Positions 12,101 through 20,699 of a stretch of DNA of 64,000 nt are shown here, one piece after another. Made by a program: the position numbers and the translations under genes. Where the stretch lies: positions 6,820,001-6,884,000 of the forward strand of contig NC_079167.1 in NCBI RefSeq assembly GCF_947568905.1, given 5' to 3'. The stretch's first letter is position 1. Every line of letters starts with the position of its first letter. This DNA is from Ostrea edulis (Eukaryota). A model generated the notes under the pieces. The model was not told the origin of the DNA. It saw nothing but the letters and a program-made list of their open reading frames with translations, and made no database searches.

Positions 12101-14502
12101 TATCCCTCCAGACTTCCTGCTCGTTCTTCTCTTTGGTTTTTATGTTATATCTCGGATTACCAGGTTACTGACTTCCTTGTTATCCCTCTATGCTTACCAC
12201 TGGTTTTTTGTTTATTTCTAGGTTTTACGTCCCTTCAAGAATTTTTCACTCATATTTAAGAACCACAAATTTAGATCTATGCTTAGCGCTCAGGGCCGTA
12301 ACAGTGAGGGTTCTTCTGCGTGCCAACACCTGCCGCGACATGGGAACTCCGTTTTTAAGGTCATATCCGAAAGACCCGTGATTCTCACTTCTAGATGCCG
12401 AGCGTTTGGCAAAGGAGCAATCACTATCTATGTTTACGCGTTTAAGTTCAAACTCACGACCTCCCGGTCACGAAGGTAACGCTCTACCATTGAGCAATCA
12501 CAACCGGTTCTGCTTAACACTGAACTGACTTTCAGCTAATACTGAACTGACTTTCAGCAAATATTGTTTCCCTTGTATTTATAAATGAAGTTACTCCCAG
12601 GTAACTTTCAGAGCGACTTATCTTATCAATCGTGCAGTTCTGTAACTTGGATCGTCCTCTCCTTATTGATTATTACGATTTTTGCTTTACCTGTTTGTGA
12701 GCAGGTTTGGCTGTCTCCGTCTACGGCTAGTTCTGAGTGACCTCTGGTCTCCTCCACATGATCTGAACTTTGTTTGGTTGGTTTTTCAAGGGCAAAGTTG
12801 TTCGTGGAAACAAACTGATCTGTTGACAGAAAGTCAAGAAAACTTAGATGACATCATGTGAAGGTTCAATTCGGAAAGATAACATTCCGCTGTTATACTC
12901 TTTTAAGAAATATAAACGTGAATGCGTTAAGCAAATTTAGTGGCCGCAACCACTTGACCTTGGCTTTGATACACCATTTGGTTACGTTTTGAAACATAAC
13001 TTTTTGCATTGTACATTGATACACATCACAAATTCATGGTACAGACAACAGCAAAAATATATACAAGTACCTATGTTTACCACAAAACATTTTTTAATGA
13101 TAACGTTGTAAGTCCGACATATTCAAATATTTACATTTCCAATGCTTTGCCTTTGATATCTTTACAAATTGTAATAATGGACATTTCTTCACGAACGCGC
13201 TACAGTTGTAAACAATGCACGTGTGACGACAGAACTATTTGATAAATATAGTAAGTCTATTTTAACGACTGGGAATTTCGACAGAAATGAATATACATGA
13301 ATATATCACTGTTCGTTATCTTCGCCTTTCATGAGGGTATGGACTGCAACGATACGCGCTTCCTGAAGAAAGCCAGCGTGAAGCGTCGCAGATCATATAC
13401 CCTCCTGTATTTTTAATAGATATATATTAGAATTAGACATGTACGTGCGAAATTCACGTTGTTTTGGTTACAATAGCAATCTCAAGTCGTTGCACGATTC
13501 ATTTCGTGCAAGATCATGACTACAGTACAGGTATTCATGATTACAATTTCTTTAACATAAATTGACAGTTTACTGAGGACTAAGTGCAATTAGTCGCCAT
13601 TAGAAGAGGAAGTGAGTTGCCTTACTTACCAACGTTTTCTTCGATGAAACGTTCTCCCCATTTCCTCTGAAATCAATACAAACAGTACAGACATGATATA
13701 CCAAGAATTGCAATGTTTACACAATATATATTAGCAGTAGCAATGGGTTATATGTATGGAATAATCGGCTCACTGCAATCTTTTAATTTACATCTCAAAG
13801 GAGATATTCATAGCTGAAGGATGAACTAATCAAATTAATCAAGGTTTCTTAGATGTAATGCTTGTCGATTTGTTGAAGGCACATTATCTATTGTGAGATG
13901 ATAGGAAAACAGAAAATTCCCACAAACATGAACCTGTGTGTGAAAACTGTCCCCCAAATGTCTTTAAATTTTTGGAATCTTGATTGTGTGTCTAAAGGTT
14001 GCTGATATCAAGCATGCAAATAATAAGTATTCAAGCCTACTCTGAAGCCAGTCTCTGTATACAAAAATCAAGAACATGTTAGGTGGGTTAAATATTCATT
14101 TCATATGTGATACTCATTAATACGTTAATTGATTAGAACTTTATCGCACAAACCCGATTTCCTCATCAGGATGAATTCAGAATTCATCAATAAGCGCGCG
14201 ATTGATTGTCTTACCTCTTCTTCCTTGTTACACTGGTTGACCCTTATGGTTCCCGCCACCATTAGCACCAAAGACACCACAAACAGTAGACACCCAGACA
14301 CTAGGTACACATACCGAACTCTCCCGGACACACGTGGTCTCTTTGGTCTTGTCAGCACTGGTACGTACTTCCTTGTAATTTTGATGGACTCTTTGTCTGT
14401 GGATGTTAACAAGCGATTGTCGTCTGGTGCCGGTGAACAGCCTTCGTGTGTAAGACAACCATCTTGATTCAGTGCAGACGGGGACTGAAGAGCGTCCTTC
14501 AT
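9097..14502 (-). CDS. Type II membrane protein with a C-terminal F-type lectin (fucolectin/FTP) domain, 257 aa, 6 coding exons
   Basis: join(complement 14215-14502, 13630-13666, 12691-12819, 10637-10723, 9445-9586, 9097-9187). All introns are GT-AG and the phases chain 0,1,1,1,2. The domain reads NFALEKPTKQSS...AVDG...CSQT...PWWWVDL...C...C...GRYVVIR...LLCEVLV, matching the FTLD signature. TM YVYLVSGCLLFVVSLVLMVAGTI follows a basic stretch. The start codon is uncertain because the frame is open to an acceptor at 14580. Confidence 0.88.
9445..9586 (-). CDS. F-lectin gene, coding exon 5
   Basis: (G)LRNLSVTIQMTEPIFISENSSNPAPCFIQTEVSTSIITTCGYNANG(R); acceptor CTCCAG, donor GTAATG. Confidence 0.88.
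10637..10723 (-). CDS. F-lectin gene, coding exon 4
   Basis: (D)EEIWPWWWVDLKTIRPIEAVIIKGSPNQ; acceptor TTTGTAG, donor GTATCA. Confidence 0.9.
10785..10922. repeat. 69-bp tandem duplication
   Basis: AAAAGATT.TATAATTTATATTGATTATC... starts at 10785 and again at 10854. Confidence 0.9.
11035..12180. repeat. Composite minisatellite: ~8 x 53-bp monomers followed by 7 x ~99-104-bp dimeric units
   Basis: GACTTC (GACATC at 11141) at 11035, 11088, 11141, 11194 (period 53). GGATTACCAGG at 11538, 11637, 11740, 11842, 11946, 12050, 12154. Confidence 0.93.
12204..12508 (-). mobile_element. tRNA-derived SINE
   Basis: The minus-strand head ACCGGTTGTGATTGCTCAATGGTAGAGCGTTACCTTCGTGACCGGGAGGTCGTGAGTTTGAAC has A/B-box-like motifs. 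The body is shared with 17543-17903 and ends in a short simple-repeat tail. Confidence 0.85.
12691..12819 (-). CDS. F-lectin gene, coding exon 3
   Basis: (D)QFVSTNNFALEKPTKQSSDHVEETRGHSELAVDGDSQTCSQT; acceptor TCAACAG, donor GTAAAG. Confidence 0.9.
13333..13404. mobile_element. Short inverted-repeat relic (~20-bp arms GAGGGTAT.../...ATACCCTC)
   Basis: Imperfect TIR pair with no TSD found; it abuts the LINE-tail fragment at ~13305-13332. Confidence 0.4.
13630..13666 (-). CDS. F-lectin gene, coding exon 2 (37 nt, stalk)
   Basis: RKWGERFIEENV; acceptor ATTTCAG, donor GTAAGT. It supplies the phase 0-to-1 change needed between its neighbours. Confidence 0.85.
14215..14502 (-). CDS. F-lectin gene, coding exon 1 (cytoplasmic tail plus TM)
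   Basis: MKDALQ...DDNRLL...YVPV...RPKRPRVSGRVR-YVYLVSGCLLFVVSLVLMVAGTI-RVNQCNKEEE; donor GTAAGA. Confidence 0.85.
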
Positions 14503-14769
14503 AGTTGGGAGAAAACTACTCACATTTACAACCACGTATCGCTTACATAAAGCATTCGACGAAAAGTAGCTGAGAGAATCCTTCAAAAATCAATAGATCA
14601 CCACAATATTGTGCTGCGAGATTAATGCGATGCGTCGCTCATTTTCCTGAAAATTCAACACCTATTTGTGAAGAATGAAATAAACCCATTGACATTTTTT
14701 TTAATATTTTTCTTCAAACTAGATTCATTTATTGACATCACCAGTTTTAATTACTACTTTTTAATTACT

Positions 14770-14953
14770 CAGGGATGTGACTGAATTCCTCAGAAATCAG
14801 AGGAAAACTGGTCAACAAGGGAGGAAAACACCTCACCCTACCTGGAAAAATACCATTTTCTGCCACTTTAGATCAAATCCAGAGTGTTTCATTTTTTCGA
14901 AAATTGAGCAAATCAGAGGATTTCCTCTGAAAAGAGGAAAAATCACATCCCTG
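14770..14953. mobile_element. 184-bp MITE with CAGGGATGTGA TIRs
   Basis: CAGGGATGTGA at 14770 and TCACATCCCTG ending at 14953. ATTACT lies directly on both flanks. Confidence 0.8.
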
Positions 14954-16184
14954 ATTACTACTTTACATAATCATTCAAGAATGTGCTGCTAAAAGATTTA
15001 GTTTAAAATGACTCGTTCTTTCACATCGGACTTGTTCGTAGATTGTCTTTTCTCCATTTTTTTTATTTTCTTATTTTCACCGTCCTCCCCTATTGAAATA
15101 CATGCTTTCACGAACACAACCTTGATCTTTTTCTGTCTCTTCTAATGATTGTACTTCAGTATCTGTTTTGCAATCATTTATGGAAAAAGTTGCCTGTTTA
15201 CCATTCCTTCATTTTTATCAATCTCAAATTTCTCACAGTCGTTGGTCTGAATTTATCTTTTAAACTTTAAATTTTATTTTTCCAACTGACAAACTGTTGC
15301 GTGAACCTACATGAATATGTCCCTCTTTGATGTCAAGTACTGACCTGAATTTGTTCCTATGAAGTTATGGCCACTGGTTCTCTGTATGCTGGAGCTCCCT
15401 ACTTCTTATTGTTTTCAGCCATTCCGCTAACTCTTCCTCCTTATAATCGTACCTTGTGTCTCTGGTCGGAACATTTTATATTACAATACTGAAATCTAAC
15501 CTTTTTTTCATTCTGGGGCAAACCGATTCTTTTCTAACCTTGCTGCTTAAGTATTCTGGATCACTGACTTCCATACATTCGAAAAGTCTTCGATTTTTCC
15601 ACATGATGACTTCGGACCACAAACTTTCACAATTTACACAGAAATACCGCCATCATCATGTGACATATATCAAGGGTATGTCTTGCCCTTACATTCTATC
15701 AATATACTATATGGTACATTAAGCACAATATATGACTTGTTAAAATTGCTAAGTAGTTGCATTTCAGTAAGATACAGGTTAATATAACTTCACACCCAGC
15801 TCAACGGACCTATATGTCACTTTAAACAATTTAACACAATAAACGATGTCTTCGCATAAACATGTATACAGTCATTTGGATTGTATATTACGATAGATAA
15901 TTGAATTATGTAGCCTTCCATAAGTATTTTTGTCTGGTGTTATAAGAATTATAGATAAATTTTGCAGTTTTTCTTGGGAAATTACAAACAATATTAATAA
16001 ACACAGAATCATGAATGTCTTCAAAGATTATCAGTTACCATCAGCCGGGTCTTAAAGTCTGACTGTCCTCCTCCGAAAATAGCTGTCTACCGTACATGTA
16101 TCCTAGGACCGTTCGGTATCCAATACTCATCTGTTATTCTGGGAAAGCGCTGTATAGGAAGTGATGTAAAATTATCACGGATTA

Positions 16185-16622
16185 TTACCAAATTCCTTCC
16201 CACGGATTAACGAATCCCCCCGCCAATCCATTCCCACAGACTACCAATCTATTCCCACGGACTATCAATCTAGTACCACAGACTACCAATCCATTCCTAC
16301 CGACTACCAATCCATTCCCACGGACTATCAATTCATTCCCACAGACTACCAATCCATTCCCACGGACTACCAATCCATCCCCACAGACTACCAATCCATT
16401 CCCACGGACTATCAATTCAATCCAACGGACTACCAATCCATCCCCACAGACTACCAATCCATCCCCACAGACTACCAATCCATTCCCACGGACTATCAAT
16501 TCAATCCAACGGACTACCAATCCATCCCCACAGACTACCAATCCATTCCCACAGACTACCAATCCATCCCCATAGACTACCAATCCATTCCCACAGACTA
16601 CCAATCCATTCCCACAGATTAC
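16185..16622. repeat. 21-bp minisatellite, ~20 units (CCAATCCATTCCCACAGACTA)
   Basis: Direct reading; it produces the GNGLVVC-type repeat ORF in the track. Confidence 0.95.
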
Positions 16623-17542
16623 CAAATCGTTGTCAGCTCTCTTAATTAATAACAAATAATCAGTTCCACTCGGAAACAGTGGGGAGGTAACATTATTTTC
16701 CCATTGCAAAATATAAGGAAAGGGTTCTTGCCAAAAAGGGGACAGGCACCCTGGTATTACAGTATGTACGTGCCTGTAGAAAATCCCTATCAGAATGGAT
16801 AATTTTTACTTGGTGAGCAGAGTATCGATGATCCTTAAACGGCATCTCTTTAGACCAACTGAATTTATTATTCAATGCTATTACATGTATATACAATATT
16901 AACATTTATAAATATAGCCTATCATATATCATTCAAAGCAAAGTTATTAGAATTTTTGCACTTCTAGAGTTAAAGTAACGTCTTATTTTCCAAAATAATA
17001 ACATAAAAATATGAATCATCGTTCGCAATAATCCTGGTTGCTTTAAAAATAATCAGACAAGGGAACAAATTTGATTATCTGTGAGAATGGATTAATAATC
17101 CATTATAGTGGTAAACCGTGGGAATGAATTGTGTAAATCAAGATCTCGAATTACTTTTAGCTCTTTAAGACTACAGACATGTCTCCTCGCGTATATTTGT
17201 AGAAATGAAAGTAGAATGTACATTTAAGTTTTGAAAATACGTGTGGGTATGAATTGAAGCGCTTCACGCCGGAATACTTTTCATGAAGCGCTAACTATGA
17301 ATCGCCGAATGAACGTAAACTCAAAAATTGAAGATATTTTTAATTTAATTTAAACTATATTTTATTCACAAAGTGAATGGGATCGGGCAGCAGGCATAGC
17401 CTATTTAAGCCCTCTCCCTAAGATATTTTTAATAATTTGAAGATACCATCCATCCATTTGATGCACGCTACAATTCAATTAAAGATTTCTTTAAATAATC
17501 TAAGGTATCTTCAATTTTGAATTATTATACGAATTAATTGAA

Positions 17543-17903
17543 TTGTTGATTGGTTGTTTGTTTTACGTCCCGTCGAGAATTTCTCACTAATATTGAGACG
17601 TCACCAGTTGTGGGTACCAAAAATTTAAACCTATGCTTAATGCAATACCAGTGGTGGGTTTTTTATGCCGCGACACGGTACCTACATTTTTTAAAGATCC
17701 GTTATTCTCACTTCTAAAGATCCGTTATTCTCACTTCTAAAGATCCGTTATTCTCACTTCTAAACACCGAGCGTTTGGCGAAGGAGCAATCACTACCTAT
17801 GTTAACATCTTAGGTTTGACGCGAACATGGCACGAACGGAGCTCGAACTCAAGACCTCCCGGTTACGAAGCGAACGCTCTACCACTGAGCTACCGTGACC
17901 GGT
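17543..17903 (-). mobile_element. tRNA(Thr-like)-derived SINE with an internal 3 x 23-bp duplication
   Basis: Head ACCGGTCACGGTAGCTCAGTGGTAGAGCGTTCGCTTCGTAACCGGGAGGTCTTGAGTTCGAGC. AAAGATCCGTTATTCTCACTTCT occurs at 17693, 17716 and 17739. Same family as 12204-12508; a further body fragment is at ~28855-28960. Confidence 0.88.
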
Positions 17904-17909
17904 GACTTT

Positions 17910-18686
17910 TTGATAGCATTAATTATTTTTGCTGAATTGATGCGCGCAATATCCTCTTCAAATGAACTGGTGATATCAACAATTGAATTGATGCGCTCTA
18001 TAATTCAATTGAAGAGAAAAATTATTCAATTAATGCGCACATCAATTCAATTAATGTGCGCAATAATTGCTCTCTTCAATTTCATTATTGCGCACATTAA
18101 TGCAATTAATGGAATTGATTATGTCAATAATTCAATTGATGCGCGCAATGATTCCTTTAAAAAGAGCGAGCAATCATTTAATTGGAGATACATTGTATAT
18201 CCACAATTGAATTAATGATCTCCTAAATGAGATTGTTCCTTTAAAAAGAACTGATGCTCGCATCAATCCGTTTACAGAATCGCTGTAAATGATTAAAGAT
18301 ATCTTCCATGGAATTAAAGAGATCATCAGATCATTCATACCGAGCTCCAATTCAATTTTTGCAAGCTAGGATTCCACCACCTTTGTGTGAGCATTCATTT
18401 AATTTATGAGAGCATTAATTGATTTGATGCGCGCTTCAATTGATTTAATGCGCGCAATTATTGAATTGGTGCGTGCATCAAATCCGTCACTGCTCTCATC
18501 AATTCAATTAACATTGGGCATCAATTCAGTTGATGAGAGCAATGTTAAATTGATGCACGCATTAATTCAACTGACTAGAACAATAATTGATTTGATGTCC
18601 AATCAATCGAATTAATTGAATTAATGATATCTTCAAATAATGATATCTTGAGTTATTTGAGCCAGCAACCAATTTGGTGCTCCATA
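17910..18686. mobile_element. Element relic built of degenerate ~21-bp AATTGAATTGATGCGCGCAAT repeats
   Basis: Two blocks of GCGCGC/TCAATT-rich repeats (17920-18215 and 18400-18650). The right end reads ...CCAATTTGGTGCTCCATA; the left end abuts the SINE. Confidence 0.55.
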
Positions 18687-20151
18687 GCTAATGCACTTTG
18701 TGAAGTCTGCCGGCACAAGGCCTTGTATATATTTTCATTTGAACAGATCATCGAGAACACTATTGTTTCAATAGAGATGACGTCAGGGGAAGGTATGGTA
18801 ACAGGGTCCATGGTGTGTGCTCGTTGGTATCCGGTTTTCTCAAAGTCTTGTGTCTCTTAAAAAATGAATAAGCTCAAATTTGAGAAAAATAGTTACTGAC
18901 TCGCAATGATTATAGAGCCTATATATCTTCAATTCGCGTGCACGCCTTTAATTTCTAGTAGTACTGGGAGGTTCGGGGGGAGGGGGTGTGCAGTAAACAA
19001 GCATGGGGTGTTTCTCATTGATCTATTGTTCTATATAATGTCGATATTCTGTTTGTCTCTGAAAATGTTGATGCACTACAGGTCTGGTCCATCAAATCCA
19101 AACTGTTAAATAGACTCAGCAAATTAAAATTTCAAATCAGAGAGGGATTTGTTTAGAATTGAACTCTGTAAATAATTTTGTTAACCTGCCAATGAAAACA
19201 TTTAAAAAATTCAACTTCAGCATTTGGAAACATGAAAGCAATATTAGACAATTTCCGAAAAACAAAGCCCCAGGCAAATATAAGAGATATCCCAGTATCA
19301 ATGACCGAGGACTTAATCTTACAAAAGACAAAAATCAGATATCTATAATGATAGATAATGTCCAAATTTTGACAAATGACATTCAACAGTACTTTGAGAT
19401 AGCGAGGAGAAAAAATTTAAATCAAATCCGCAAAGAAATATATCCCGAACTTTTTAAACAATAGACAAACTGATATATGAGCTGATCTTGATAACTTTTT
19501 AGATTTTTTTCCTTTGTAGGAGTTTAGGCAAGCTTACACATTTGGGCAACGTTGTGTAGACTACAGTACTTTGTTACATACTTATATCATATATGACATA
19601 ACAATTTAACACACATGTTTTGTATAACACGTATATTACCATTTTGCTTGTTATCATTTATTAGATTTGTACAAAATAATGTGTTGATAATTTGTTCATA
19701 TATATATATATATATTATAAAGACAACAATGTATATCTATTAAACTAATTAAACGTGTCAAACTAGTGTGACGTGCTCAACGTTAATACTATTACGTCAA
19801 ATTCAAAAATTGATCGAATTGAAATCTTTATCAGTATTCCCACATTGATTTTGTTCAAGCACTCATTTAAACCCAACACAACACCAAGGTAAACTATTAT
19901 GGATAAAGTTGTGTTTGTTTTTGGTCCACAATATGGGATTTAAGTTCTTCTAAATGCATTCAATAGTTTTAACGATGATATCTTGTTTCCACTTTATAAA
20001 GCCTTGCTTTAATTCTGTTAATCGATATGTATCTAGAATATGTATTCGATTTGTCGCCTAGATGAATTAAACATTGATAAATTTTATTCAAGTTTGCACA
20101 TTCATTAAATAACGCGTGAGAAATGTTCCCCATCGATCCCGTTCTGAACAG

Positions 20152-20230
20152 GTAAGTAAAAATCCCTTTGTGCTTCGTCCATTAGAATACATTTTTCCGT
20201 TGAGAAGTTTTAAACAGCTTTTACTTTCAG
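20152..20230 (+). other. 79-nt intron in the 5' UTR of the profilin gene
   Basis: Consensus donor CAG|GTAAGT at 20152 and acceptor TTTTACTTTCAG ending at 20230. Confidence 0.7.
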
Positions 20231-20306
20231 AGTGAATGCATTCATTAACTAACAGCCATTTAACCTACACTCATGTGTTCGACATTTGGATGAAGTGAAC
20301 ATCGGG

Positions 20307-20699
20307 ATGTCACCCGCTTGGTCGGAATATGTCACTAATGTGTTAATTGAGAGTGGGTACGTGTCCCGGGCCGCGATAGTGGGCGCCGATGGACGACGCT
20401 GGGCAACATCGCCCACTTTGGAACTGTCTTCTGCTGAGATTCAAGCCATCACACGGGGGTTCGTGGAACCCAGCAGTCTCCGAATGGAAGGGATATCACT
20501 GTGTGGCAAACGATACACGTGTACGCGGATGGACAGCGTTGTGATGGTTGGGCGTGAGAGTGCCTCGGGCACGGGCTGTATCGTGTATCGCTGCAGGAAC
20601 TCGCTGGTGATTGGTGTGTACGAGGATGGCGTTCACCCAGGAGGGTGTTACAACATGATATGTAAAGTAGGCGACTATCTCAGGGAGCATGGTCTTTGA
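20307..20699 (+). CDS. Profilin family protein, 130 aa, single coding exon
   Basis: MSPAWSEYVTNVLI...AAIVGADGRRWATS...GISLCGKRY...SLVIGVY...KVGDYLREHG. The W/Y pair near the N-terminus, the W(A)S motif and the C-terminal GDYL are profilin hallmarks, including the poly-proline-binding aromatics. First in-frame ATG is 20307; candidate AATAAA at 21097. Confidence 0.95.
   Translation: MSPAWSEYVTNVLIESGYVSRAAIVGADGRRWATSPTLELSSAEIQAITRGFVEPSSLRMEGISLCGKRYTCTRMDSVVMVGRESASGTGCIVYRCRNSLVIGVYEDGVHPGGCYNMICKVGDYLREHGL

Noticed and set aside
16185-16622. GNGLVVC-repeat ORF (16185-16709)
   Set aside because: The repeat portion is the 21-bp array; only the non-repeat part above 16623 is kept, as a candidate exon.
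17895-18615. ORFs 17895-18215 and 18406-18615 with IELMRA-like repeats
   Set aside because: They arise from the degenerate 21-bp repeats of an element relic.
18660-18855. Minus-strand open frame MDPVTIPSPDV... as an exon
   Set aside because: No credible donor in a phase matching downstream candidates, and it is antisense to a better-bounded plus-strand exon candidate.
20286-20306. Profilin start at 20286 (MDEVNIG extension)
   Set aside because: The codon is TTG from a prokaryote-style ORF caller; ATG 20307 gives the normal profilin N-terminus.
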